A stretch of DNA of 64,000 bases from an uncultured Chlamydiae bacterium (GCA_963696295.1 CAVOJR010000001.1:2720001-2784000), one strand, 5' to 3'. Shown: positions 9,554-19,373, numbered from the stretch's first letter. Numbers and translations are program-made. Notes: generated from the letters alone by a model not told the origin.

Positions 9554-10090
9554 CTAATATCTGTTTCCGTTGTTGTTGTTGTTGAAGTTGCTGTAGTTGT
9601 TATCATCATCTTCATCGTCATCATCCATCGAGATGCCGCCGCCGCCATGGCCAACAAAGCTGCTGCTGCTGCTGCTGCTGTGATGGTGGTGCACGTGGTG
9701 GCTCTCATCGCCATCGTTATCGCCATAGTCGAAACTGTTGTTCCTAAATCCAAAGACAGTGGATCCTAAATTGCATAGCATGCCCACGCTTGCGATCATA
9801 CCTACCGTAGTTCCTGCATAAAAGCCTAGGCTGCCGATCCGGTTAAGAGAGTTGGAACCGACCACACCGGCAAAAAGCTTAAGGGCCACTGAAGAAATTA
9901 ATGTAACGAGCGCGCCGCCGGCAACGTTGGCTCTTATTTGAAATTCTGCCCTGGAATCGCCGCGTCTGCACTTTACTGACCTGATGTTTTTTAAATCAGC
10001 TAAAGTATCGGATACTAAAACAGTTTTATACCTATTTACTTCATGAAAAGCAGGTGCAACATAATTATTATATAAAGATGATATTGACAT
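9554..10090 (-). CDS. Inc-like membrane protein with low-complexity His/Ser/Gly/Asp/Asn tail
   Basis: AGGAGG SD before ATG 10090; two hydrophobic segments; tail HHVHHHHSSSSSSS..GGGG..DDDDEDDDNNY..NNNNN. Confidence 0.65.
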   Translation of the reverse strand: MSISSLYNNYVAPAFHEVNRYKTVLVSDTLADLKNIRSVKCRRGDSRAEFQIRANVAGGALVTLISSVALKLFAGVVGSNSLNRIGSLGFYAGTTVGMIASVGMLCNLGSTVFGFRNNSFDYGDNDGDESHHVHHHHSSSSSSSFVGHGGGGISMDDDDEDDDNNYSNFNNNNNGNRY

Positions 10091-10224
10091 AATTCCTCCT
10101 GTCATTTTATTGTTAAGAATTTACAAGTATACGTAAGCCATTTAATTTTGTCAATTTTAATGCTTGTAATGGTTTAAAAAATAGTTTAACCTAAAAGGAA
10201 ACTATAAACAATAAGGGGGTAACC

Positions 10225-10650
10225 ATGGCACAGGCAAAAGAGGGGGACAAGGTAAAAGTTCATTTAACCGGAGTGACCAGCGATGGGGTCGAATTCACTT
10301 CCACTGCGGAAGAGGAACCTATCGAGATTAGCTTAGGGGGCGGGGAGATCTGGCCTTCTGTGGAAGCTGCTATCCTGGGAATGAAAGAGGGGGAGTCTAA
10401 AGATGTGATTTTAAAGCCGGAAGAATCAATCCCTTATGTCGAGGAACTGGTTTTTGAAGTGCATAAAAGCCAGTTGCCGGATGATATCCCGCTTGAAGAG
10501 GGCGTCATGGTCAAATTGCTCCAGCAGGATGGCCGGGAAACCTATATGAAAATTCTCAGCATCGAGGGCGATAATGTGACTTTGGACGCCAATCACCCTT
10601 TTGCGGGAGAAGAGCTCAAATTCGTTGTTCAGCTGATAAAAATTATTTGA
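10225..10650 (+). CDS. FKBP-type peptidyl-prolyl isomerase (SlyD/FkpB-like)
   Basis: GDKVKVH..G, GMKEGE, VTLDANHPFAGEELKF. Confidence 0.92.
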   Translation: MAQAKEGDKVKVHLTGVTSDGVEFTSTAEEEPIEISLGGGEIWPSVEAAILGMKEGESKDVILKPEESIPYVEELVFEVHKSQLPDDIPLEEGVMVKLLQQDGRETYMKILSIEGDNVTLDANHPFAGEELKFVVQLIKII

Positions 10651-11254
10651 ATGTGTCTTTGATGGTATGCCTGATAAACGAAGTGCCTAGTTTTTCCGAG
10701 CGGTTTGGCACAAGCAGACCGTTTTTGACCAGATGATCATACTCTTCAGCAATTTCCGCAAAGTTTTCTTTGATAAAACCTTGCAAAGAGAATCTATTGC
10801 GGCTATAGCTCACCTGATTGCCCACAAGCGTCAATCCCGGAAATTTTTTAAGTTGTCTAAGTATTTTTTTATGCAGGGCGGCCGTCAATTTCGCCGACTC
10901 GGCCAAAATAGGCTTGATGGTTTCCTCCGCCAGCTTTTCCAACTGCTCTTTTTCATCAGAATCTTCGATACAGAGGGCAGCGATTAGGCGGATTTTCTTC
11001 ATCAGGCGGTTAAGTTCCGTCCGGTTCAGCTTTTTTAAGTGCTTCTCATAAAAAGACCGTTTCTGGCTTTCCTGATCTCCGGCCTCGCTTTCGAATACAA
11101 CGAGCATGAGATTTTTAAGGGCGGTTCTAGTCCTCTCTTCTACCTTTGGCAAAGTTATCCCTTCTCCGGATAACCTTTGCAGAGGGGTTTTGAATCCCAT
11201 TACCTGACTGTAGAACTTATTAGAAGGGGCAACCATAACTCCAACAACTAACAA
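10643..11254 (-). CDS. hypothetical protein
   Basis: 203-aa charged helical ORF; true start may be 11236 or 11200. Confidence 0.6.
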   Translation of the reverse strand: MLVVGVMVAPSNKFYSQVMGFKTPLQRLSGEGITLPKVEERTRTALKNLMLVVFESEAGDQESQKRSFYEKHLKKLNRTELNRLMKKIRLIAALCIEDSDEKEQLEKLAEETIKPILAESAKLTAALHKKILRQLKKFPGLTLVGNQVSYSRNRFSLQGFIKENFAEIAEEYDHLVKNGLLVPNRSEKLGTSFIRHTIKDTFK

Positions 11255-11262
11255 AAAAGGAA

Positions 11263-11793
11263 TTATTTGTCTAATGTCATTATAAACAAGGGAGATTGAT
11301 AGTTTTTATTCAGCGGGCAGGGACCGGCGCCGATCTGCCTGGCGCCCATTTTGCGGTAAAAGTTAGCCGCAAAGGGATCGCTCTCCCACAATATGGCCTG
11401 CCATCCCAACTCCTCTTTGGCCACCCGCATAGCCTCCTGAAATAAAATCCTGCCATACCCTTTGCCGATGCGGTCTTTTTTGAGGAATAAAAAACTCAGC
11501 TGATTAACTGTTTTTAAATATTTGTTTTCCTGGTTTCTCAATCCAAAGAAACCGATGATTTCATGATTTTCCACCATCAAACGGATGGTATCGCTTCTGA
11601 TGTGCTCTTTTGTAACGCTAAGTACTTGATTAACAATTTTTTGAGGAACATTGCGGTAGTTCCAGTGAGCGTTGGAATCAAGCGATAGCTTTGTCAGCAG
11701 TTCCGCATGATGGGGCATAGCAGGCTGAAAGTTGATATTCTCGGTGCACCAGCCATAGGAGAAAATCAGAATAAGGAGCAAAGAGACTTTCAA
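11263..11793 (-). CDS. GNAT family N-acetyltransferase with signal-peptide-like N terminus
   Basis: IGKGYGRILF motif A, ESDPFAANFYRKMGA. Confidence 0.88.
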   Translation of the reverse strand: MKVSLLLILIFSYGWCTENINFQPAMPHHAELLTKLSLDSNAHWNYRNVPQKIVNQVLSVTKEHIRSDTIRLMVENHEIIGFFGLRNQENKYLKTVNQLSFLFLKKDRIGKGYGRILFQEAMRVAKEELGWQAILWESDPFAANFYRKMGARQIGAGPCPLNKNYQSPLFIMTLDK

Positions 11794-12163
11794 AATTTAG
11801 CCTTACAATTAAGAAATACTTTATCACCCGATATAACACATGACAAGAAAAAAATATTTCACCTCGTTTTAGGGAAAAAATGGTATTTTATAAGTAGCAC
11901 AAAACCAGTGTCCTAATGATTTTCCGTTGCCTTTTGGAAAAAAAATACACCAATTTACAAACAATGCTTTGAGTTTACTACCATTTTCAGGCATTATTGT
12001 ATGCCGTTTGAATATGGTGGGAATGTACCCCTTTAGCGGTAAAACCAATGAATATGGCAGGCAGGGTTGATCACTAAATTTGCGAATGCGCCGCCGAACT
12101 TTTAAGGGCGAACAAAAACCACGTCATGTCCTCAAGCATGACTTGAGGGAAGAGGAGTGTGGA

Positions 12164-15100
12164 ATGACTAACAATAAAATTGAGTCTGGGCTTCTAAAAG
12201 TTAAATCGGATTTTCAACGTTTAACTTACTCAAAAGACATAGAAGACCATATGAATGTCTTGCAATTGAAACTGGAACATTTGATTCGCGACGCCATTAC
12301 CAATGACGATCAAACACTGAGAGACGTATTAGATCGCGAATTGCCTATTATACAGCATCATTTAGACCATCAAAATGGTCAATTTCTCTCATTGTCTCTA
12401 TTATGCCATTCCCAGGAAAGGTTGTCTTTAAATGACTTTATCTATGATCTATTCCGATTTCATCTGATACCGGGCCGCAGCCAATACCCTTCTGTGTTTC
12501 ACAATATCACATTCACCCCTGCCGATTACGGCAAGCCCCTCTATCTCGTGCATATAGTTATCATGATCAGAAATGAAAGGCAATTTGATCAAATCGAGTC
12601 CAATTTGTCCTTTTTTCTGCAAACGCTCGAAAGAGGGATAAAAAACTATCACTTTGCTCAAAGTGTATTGAATAGGCAATTGACGATTCCCGATCAAAGA
12701 GGGAATTTGATGCATGAAAGTTTGATCCGGGTAATCAGCCGCTATCCTTTGCATGCCGAGATCATTCTGAATGAGGCGGGGCTTTTTACGGTTCAAAGCT
12801 CGGAGAACTTTAGAATACTTCGCGATCCGAAGAAACTGGCCTCCATTATATGCTCCCTGGCCATACTGAGAAAAAGCGTTCGGGAGTCGCCAAGGCTTTA
12901 CGACAGCCAGCCCCGTATCCATTTCCGCCTCATGCCGATGACATTAAAATTGACATTTGGCGAGAAAAACACATTGGGATTGTGCATGGCTATCAGCCAT
13001 CTCGATGCCTATCAGCTATTCAATGAGGGCTGCGTGCTGCAGGCTGTGCGCACTTACTTTCTGGATGCCCAAACTGTAAAAGGCTCTTTTATCTCCTATA
13101 AGCATCCCCAGGATTTTTCTTATGGGATGTATATCGAGCTGGAAAAAAAGAAGGGAGAGCCCTTCACGCTCGAGGAGCTGAAATACCTGAAAATGCATCT
13201 TTCCCGAAGTCTGGAAGCCAGCGTTGAAGATGTGGTGCCTTCCATTTTCATGAACAGTAATGAAGAAGAAATCATGAAAAACATCATCATCTTAAGAAAC
13301 GAGCTGGAGTCGATCGATGATTTGACTCAGGTGATGATTACTTTCGAAAGGCAATCCTTTTCTCACTTGACCTTTGTCATCATTCTTTTGAGGATCCTCG
13401 AGCAAAATAATTTTTCCCTGCATGAAAGGTTTACCCAGCTTGGCGATAAGTGGGAGTTTATTCCGGAGAGAACGCGCATCGTCAGCACAGAAAATGATGA
13501 AGTGACGAAAGAGGCTCATGTATTTCGCCTGCGTTTGAAGAAATCCCGAGCCTTTGTCCGCACCGATTCTTCCGTCAACCTGCATCAGGCCAGACAGCAT
13601 GTGGTCGATTTCTTAAGAGAGCGGATCGGCCCCATCCGCGATTACACAGGAAGTTTGATAGATTTGCAAAACGTTATGTTTAGGCAATTTAAAGAAAAAT
13701 ATCGCGATCTGGCCCGAAAATATCCCAATGTATTGGAAGACTTTTTTTATACCATTAGCCCGGCAGATGTTAAGATCACACTCCCTCTTGCTTCGATCGA
13801 AACTCTTTTTGAACACTTTATGGAGCTGATCGAAATTACCTCCGATGCTCCCGAACAATATATTGTCAAAAGAAGCGAAACAGACGACTTTGCCTTCGCC
13901 ATGCTGCGCATGAAATCCTCATTCACCAACCTCTTAGATCAGAAGATCAGGATGAACGACACATTGTCGCCATCCTTGATATCAAACAAGCTGCAGCTTG
14001 GGGAATACACCTATATCGGGTATATTTATAGAGGAGAAGACACGCATAAGCGCTTTGTCTTTTTCCAGCAGCTGCAATCGGCAATCCTCTTTTGTGTCCA
14101 AGAGGAGCAGGGGACGCAAGTCTTACGCCTTGGAACCCAGACATTCCCCACATCGCTCGATCCGCGCAGCACCTTGTATCCCACCACAAACTACATCTTC
14201 AAATTGCTTTTCGACGGCCTTATGCGGATAAACCTGGATGGCACTCCAGTTTGCGCTGTGGCAGAGTCTTACACTCTTTCCTCCGACCGCAAAACCTATA
14301 CTTTCCATTTGCGGGAAAGCTACTGGAATAACGGCGATCCAGTCACGGCCGAAGATTTCGCCTATTCCTGGAAAAAGATTTTATCACCTTCTTTCAATAC
14401 CCCTTTTGTGCATCTTTTGTATCCGATCAAGAATGCAAAAGGGGTAAAAAATGGGGAAAAGTCCCTCGATTGCCTGGGTGTTCATGCAGAAAATCCGAGA
14501 ACTCTTGTGGTGGAATTGGAATACCCCGTGCCCCATTTTCTGCAATATGTCGCACTAAGCGTATTTTTTCCCGTAAACAGAAATATCGATCGGCTACATC
14601 CCGACTGGCCCTTCCGTTCGATGCAAGAATATGTCTGCAACGGTCCATTCACCTTGGAAAAGGTAACGACCGGGCAGCTGCTCCAGTTTGAGAAAAATCC
14701 GCTTTACTGGGATCATCAACACATCCGGTTGGCTAGTATAAACATCGTGTTTAATAATATTGACACGATCTACCACAAATACCAGCGAGGGGAAATACAT
14801 TGGCTTGGAGCGCCTTTTACTCCCTGTGAAAAGCGTTTCTTGAATTGCATGGGAGAAAAGAGGACCCTGTCTTACTCCACCTTAAACTGGATTGTGGTCA
14901 ACACGGAATCGGGACCCTTTAAAAACAAGAAATTACGCAAGGCGCTCAAATACGCTTTGAATCTGGAAGAACTTGTGAAAGAGTTAACCATTGAAGCGCA
15001 GCCGGCTTATAGTGCTCTGCCGCCTATCTATTCCTGTTTGGAGCAAAATAATATCAGAGGCAATGCCGTTAAGGCCAGACAGCTTTTCCATGAAGCGCTG

Positions 15101-15649
15101 GAGGAGATGAATATCACCGTCAAGGAGCTCCCCAAATTAACGATTATCCAGGGTAATTTGATGTTTGACGTCCGGGAGGGGATGCTGGAGAAAATGCGGG
15201 ATCAGGTAAAGGAGGCCCTGGGTGTGGATCTTAGTATCGAGGTTATGCCTTGGCGTCTTGCCTATCAAAAGAATGTGCAGGGGGATTTCCAGTTGATTGT
15301 TGTGAGTTGGAAGTTCTTAAGCCATACACCTTTTTATCTTCTTGATACGTTTGACTCCATGGAGCATTTGAACATGTTCCGCTGGTCGGATGACCGCTAC
15401 AAACAGGCGCTATACCTGGCTCAGCAGGAAGAAGATGCGGTGAAGCAAAAAGAGAAGATCGCTCTTGTTGAGGAAATATTGGATGATGAAGTTCCGGTTA
15501 TTCCTCTTTATTACGAGGGGGAATACTACATACGGAATGAGCGCTTGAAGGGAGTTGTGATCGACAGCAGAATAGGCTCTATTGACTTTAAGAATGCTTA
15601 TTTCAAGTCTGTGAAGCCCGATATGGATCAGCTGGTTAAATGGATCTGA
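12164..15649 (+). CDS. large protein: about 650-aa unknown N-terminal region fused to a family-5 (OppA-like) solute-binding domain
   Basis: From about 14117: SLDPR, LFDGLMRI, TYTFHLRESYWNNGDPVTAEDFAYSW, NGPF, EKNPLYWD, VIPLYY; GAGGAG SD before ATG 12164. Confidence 0.85.
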   Translation: MTNNKIESGLLKVKSDFQRLTYSKDIEDHMNVLQLKLEHLIRDAITNDDQTLRDVLDRELPIIQHHLDHQNGQFLSLSLLCHSQERLSLNDFIYDLFRFHLIPGRSQYPSVFHNITFTPADYGKPLYLVHIVIMIRNERQFDQIESNLSFFLQTLERGIKNYHFAQSVLNRQLTIPDQRGNLMHESLIRVISRYPLHAEIILNEAGLFTVQSSENFRILRDPKKLASIICSLAILRKSVRESPRLYDSQPRIHFRLMPMTLKLTFGEKNTLGLCMAISHLDAYQLFNEGCVLQAVRTYFLDAQTVKGSFISYKHPQDFSYGMYIELEKKKGEPFTLEELKYLKMHLSRSLEASVEDVVPSIFMNSNEEEIMKNIIILRNELESIDDLTQVMITFERQSFSHLTFVIILLRILEQNNFSLHERFTQLGDKWEFIPERTRIVSTENDEVTKEAHVFRLRLKKSRAFVRTDSSVNLHQARQHVVDFLRERIGPIRDYTGSLIDLQNVMFRQFKEKYRDLARKYPNVLEDFFYTISPADVKITLPLASIETLFEHFMELIEITSDAPEQYIVKRSETDDFAFAMLRMKSSFTNLLDQKIRMNDTLSPSLISNKLQLGEYTYIGYIYRGEDTHKRFVFFQQLQSAILFCVQEEQGTQVLRLGTQTFPTSLDPRSTLYPTTNYIFKLLFDGLMRINLDGTPVCAVAESYTLSSDRKTYTFHLRESYWNNGDPVTAEDFAYSWKKILSPSFNTPFVHLLYPIKNAKGVKNGEKSLDCLGVHAENPRTLVVELEYPVPHFLQYVALSVFFPVNRNIDRLHPDWPFRSMQEYVCNGPFTLEKVTTGQLLQFEKNPLYWDHQHIRLASINIVFNNIDTIYHKYQRGEIHWLGAPFTPCEKRFLNCMGEKRTLSYSTLNWIVVNTESGPFKNKKLRKALKYALNLEELVKELTIEAQPAYSALPPIYSCLEQNNIRGNAVKARQLFHEALEEMNITVKELPKLTIIQGNLMFDVREGMLEKMRDQVKEALGVDLSIEVMPWRLAYQKNVQGDFQLIVVSWKFLSHTPFYLLDTFDSMEHLNMFRWSDDRYKQALYLAQQEEDAVKQKEKIALVEEILDDEVPVIPLYYEGEYYIRNERLKGVVIDSRIGSIDFKNAYFKSVKPDMDQLVKWI

Positions 15650-15664
15650 GCGGCTTTGTCCTAT

Positions 15665-15736
15665 TATACCCAAACAACCTCAAAATTTGGTATTTCGGCT
15701 TTGCCAAAAACCAAATTTTGAGGTTGTTTGGGTATA
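15665..15736. mobile_element. 72-bp palindromic MITE-like element with TATACCC...GGGTATA ends
   Basis: Perfect 27-bp inverted repeat (15665-15691 / 15710-15736) around an 18-nt loop. Confidence 0.6.
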
Positions 15737-16063
15737 CACAATCGTTATATGTTTTCTTGCAAATAGCGCTGTGTCTATTTGCCGCGAACGGAAAACCTAT
15801 TCACGTAAAAAACCATCCACTCAAACAGCACAAAAAATCCATAAGTGATAATGCGTAAAACACTGATTATAAAATCAAATCGGATGATGAAAAAAAATGC
15901 ATCAAAAAATACTTGTTTCCACATTGGAAATGTTGTATGATCCTTACCTTCGCATTTTTAATTAACCTTCTCTGGATAGTGGATAGGTTTACATAATAAA
16001 ATAAATTAGACCGAATTGAATGAACAACTTAAAAAATGTAAGTTTAAAGGATGACGAATCATT

Positions 16064-16609
16064 ATGTTAACAACAAAGTTATATACAAACCCAGCACTAA
16101 ATTGTCATTTACAAGGTGCATTTGACACTCAAAAAAGCACAAGCCCAGCAGCAAACATTGCTTGTTGCGCACTTAGTGCCGCTAAAGCACCATCAGAAGC
16201 AAGAGAACTGAACAGCCATTCATTCCCAGTTTCGAATTGGGTCTTTGAAGTAGAAGGACATAAATTTACTCTGATGATGAAAGATGGACAGTTAGTTGGA
16301 AAACCTTTCCAAGTTGAGCATCAAGAAAAAGAGTATTACGGATTTATTGCAAGCTCTTTATCTCAAGCGATTGAATCAGTTATGCGGGGAGAGAGAGATT
16401 TTTCTTTGGTAGCCAATGAAAATAATCTTAACTATACCCACTCTATTGTTTTTATGCATGAAGGTGAAGTGAAAGCGCGCCCGGTGAATTTCACTCAATA
16501 TGGTGAAAAGAATACTGGCGAGTCCATATTCCCTAATCTCAACGAATTTTATAGACATTCTGTTGCATACGCCAATAAGTATGCCGTGCCTGTTTCAGCT
16601 GCCGTATGA
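16064..16609 (+). CDS. hypothetical protein, possible SH2-like domain
   Basis: 181 aa; C-terminal ~85 aa follow the SH2 residue pattern by eye; AAGGA SD. Confidence 0.6.
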   Translation: MLTTKLYTNPALNCHLQGAFDTQKSTSPAANIACCALSAAKAPSEARELNSHSFPVSNWVFEVEGHKFTLMMKDGQLVGKPFQVEHQEKEYYGFIASSLSQAIESVMRGERDFSLVANENNLNYTHSIVFMHEGEVKARPVNFTQYGEKNTGESIFPNLNEFYRHSVAYANKYAVPVSAAV

Positions 16610-17973
16610 GTGCTTATAGCAAATTGCTAGGTATAAAACCTCTTCACAACGACTTAACGAGTGTGAGGGGGTTTTTTTTACTTAGTCTACCTTTGATCTT
16701 ACTTGCCTCCTCTCAGAGTATTGCCAATGCACTCAATGGCTTCTTTTTAGCCCATTACTCTACATCTGTACTGCAGGCGCATGCAATTGGAAACGCCCTT
16801 ATCGCTCTTTTTCAAAGCGCCTGCATGCGCATGTCCGCGGAAGCGCAAATTTTCATTAGTCAAGCGAGTAATTCAAAAAATGAAAAACAGGTTGGAGTGT
16901 ATTTATGGCAGATGATCTGGCTGTCTATCCTGTCGATTTTCATCACTTTGCCAATCGGTGTGTTTGTCTCGAATTATTATTTCGATAATTCGCTTGTCCA
17001 GCAGGAGGCAAAAGAGTATTTCCGCTTATTCATGTACGGTAATTTTCTCTTTCCTCTCTCCACTGCCTTAAATGCCTTTTATTCCGGAAGAGGCAAGCAA
17101 AAGGCTCTGCTATTTGCCTCTGCAGGATACATTTTTATGCATACGATCCTGGCAAAATTTATGATTTCCAGCTATGGCTTAAAAGGAGCGGCTTTAAGTC
17201 ACATTCTTTCGCAACTGATCTACAGCGCCTCATTTCTCTTTTTGATTCTTCGGAAGAAAAATCGGGAACGGTTCGGGACGAATCAATGGAAAATCAAACT
17301 TCTTCCGATATTGTCTTCAATGAAGGTAGGGGCGTTTAACGGAATGTCCTCAGCTTTAATGAGCTTGAGCTGGACAGTGATTGTTAAAATGGTCGCCACC
17401 AAAGGGCCCGATTATTTGACTATTGTCGCTTTCGGAAACAGTTGCGCCGTCTTTTTATCGTTCCTAAATTTGGGTATTGGGCAAGCGCTTTCAATCAAAG
17501 CCTCCGGCTTAATTGGGAAGAAGGAATTTCATGGGATTTGGGTGCTCGTGCGCTCAGCTTCTTTCATGGTTATGTCGATTCTCATCCTGCTGATCCCTCC
17601 CCTTGTCCTTTTTCCTGACAGTTTGCTGTCGATTTTTTTTCGGGATTACCCCGCTCAATTTTCAAAAGAGATGTGCGATATGCTGCGCTTGAGCTGCCGT
17701 TTGCTTTGGATTTTTGAATTTATAGGGGGTGTGGACCGCATCACGAGGGGACTCCTTACGGCTACTGGAGATACGGTATATATGTTTTTTAATTATGTGT
17801 TGCTTTTAAGCATCGGGTGTTGCCTGCCCTTTTATTTTGCGATTAACATTTTAAATTTTGCGCCTGGTTCCTTTTGGGGGATCATGTCGCTCACCATTTT
17901 GCTGCGAAACATTCCGCTTTTTTTCCGATTAAAAAAAGAGTTATGGAAATCCAGGAAACCCATTTTAACATAG
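16606..17973 (+). CDS. MATE family efflux transporter
   Basis: 455 aa, about 12 TM, LSLPLIL, FYSGRGK, LLTATGDT repeats typical of MATE. Confidence 0.88.
   Translation: MSAYSKLLGIKPLHNDLTSVRGFFLLSLPLILLASSQSIANALNGFFLAHYSTSVLQAHAIGNALIALFQSACMRMSAEAQIFISQASNSKNEKQVGVYLWQMIWLSILSIFITLPIGVFVSNYYFDNSLVQQEAKEYFRLFMYGNFLFPLSTALNAFYSGRGKQKALLFASAGYIFMHTILAKFMISSYGLKGAALSHILSQLIYSASFLFLILRKKNRERFGTNQWKIKLLPILSSMKVGAFNGMSSALMSLSWTVIVKMVATKGPDYLTIVAFGNSCAVFLSFLNLGIGQALSIKASGLIGKKEFHGIWVLVRSASFMVMSILILLIPPLVLFPDSLLSIFFRDYPAQFSKEMCDMLRLSCRLLWIFEFIGGVDRITRGLLTATGDTVYMFFNYVLLLSIGCCLPFYFAINILNFAPGSFWGIMSLTILLRNIPLFFRLKKELWKSRKPILT
16635..16679 (+). terminator. intrinsic terminator-like hairpin inside the 5' end of the MATE gene
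   Basis: aaaacctcttcaca ... tgtgagggggtttt (two G-U pairs) with a T8 tract. Confidence 0.65.
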
Positions 17974-18008
17974 CTATATAATCACCTTTTTGATATAATT
18001 CACCACTT

Positions 18009-19373
18009 ATGCTAAAAATAGTTCGAGAAACACAGCTTTTCAACGTTCAAGGTAACCAGGTCTACTTTATCAGTCTGGGTTGTCCACGCAACTTGGTGGA
18101 TACAGAGGTGATGTTAGGTATTCTTTTAAAAGCCGGATACCAAGCGGCCCAGCAGCTGCAAGAAGCGGATTATATTGTAATCAATACCTGCGGTTTTTTG
18201 GATGCTTCGCGAAAGGAATCATTAGATACCATTCGGGCAAGTTTAGAGGAACGGAAAAAAGGGGCCAAAGTAATTGCCACCGGCTGCATGGTTCAAACGC
18301 ATCACGAAATGATCAAAAATGCCTGCCCTGAAGTAGATTATATGCTGGGATCGGGGGATGTGGAAAAGATTTTAACCGCTGTCCAGTCGCAAACAGAAGG
18401 CTCCCACATCACTTCAGCCAGGAGCTATCTCGAAGCCGGCGAGGTACCCCGGACATTTTCAACTCCTAAGCACTACGCCTATTTAAAGATTGCAGAAGGG
18501 TGCCGCAAGCGCTGCAGCTATTGTATTATTCCCGATATCAAAGGTCCTTTGAAAAGCAAACCGCTTGAGCGTATTGTTCATGAGTTTCGCCTGTTGCTGA
18601 AAAGCGGGGTGAAAGAAGTGATCCTCATCGCGCAGGATTTGGGAGACTGGGGTAAAGATATCGGTTTGCGAAAGGGGGAAGGACTCCTTCTTTTGCTGAA
18701 AGAGCTCCTTAAGGAAAAAGGGGATTTTTGGCTTCGCCTGTTATACCTCTATCCCGATGAAATCACCGATGACTTGATTCATCTGATTAAAAGCGATTCC
18801 CGCATTTGCCCCTATCTCGATATGCCCATTCAGCATATCAATAATACGATTTTGAAGAGCATGCGAAGAACCACTTCGAAAGAGGAGATTATAGATATCA
18901 TCCTTAAGCTCCGTAAAGAGATACCCGATATTTCCATCAGAACAAGCTTGATTGTCGGCTTCCCCGGTGAAACAGAAGAACAATTTAATGAGTTAAAGGA
19001 TTTCCTTAAGAAATATCCTCTGGAGAATGTAGGTATTTTCGCCTTCTCCCCTGAACCGAACAGCCATGCGATTACTTTGCCTGATCAGGTTGATGAAAAA
19101 ACAAAAGAACGCCGGCAGAAGCAGCTTGCTAAAGTGCAGCAAAAAGTCCTGGAGCAGACACAACAGAAACTGGTAGGCAAGAAGTTACAGGTTATTGTTG
19201 AGGGATACCATCCCGATTCCAATCTGTTGATGCGCGCCCGTCATAGAGGGCAGTGCCCTGAAATCGACGGCCAAGTAATCATCAACGACTGCCGCAAGGT
19301 GAAAGCCTTTGGCGAGTGGTACGAAGCTGAGATCACAGGCGTGGCCGGCTACGATCTGATTGCTTCGATCTGA
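18009..19373 (+). CDS. rimO: ribosomal protein S12 methylthiotransferase
   Basis: SLGCPRNLVDTE, NTCGF, AYLKIAEGCRKRCSYCIIP, PEIDG TRAM domain. Confidence 0.96.
   Translation: MLKIVRETQLFNVQGNQVYFISLGCPRNLVDTEVMLGILLKAGYQAAQQLQEADYIVINTCGFLDASRKESLDTIRASLEERKKGAKVIATGCMVQTHHEMIKNACPEVDYMLGSGDVEKILTAVQSQTEGSHITSARSYLEAGEVPRTFSTPKHYAYLKIAEGCRKRCSYCIIPDIKGPLKSKPLERIVHEFRLLLKSGVKEVILIAQDLGDWGKDIGLRKGEGLLLLLKELLKEKGDFWLRLLYLYPDEITDDLIHLIKSDSRICPYLDMPIQHINNTILKSMRRTTSKEEIIDIILKLRKEIPDISIRTSLIVGFPGETEEQFNELKDFLKKYPLENVGIFAFSPEPNSHAITLPDQVDEKTKERRQKQLAKVQQKVLEQTQQKLVGKKLQVIVEGYHPDSNLLMRARHRGQCPEIDGQVIINDCRKVKAFGEWYEAEITGVAGYDLIASI

Noticed and set aside
9532..9753. Ala/Thr/Met-rich 73-aa ORF
   Set aside because: Alternative frame of the triplet-repeat tail of 9554-10090
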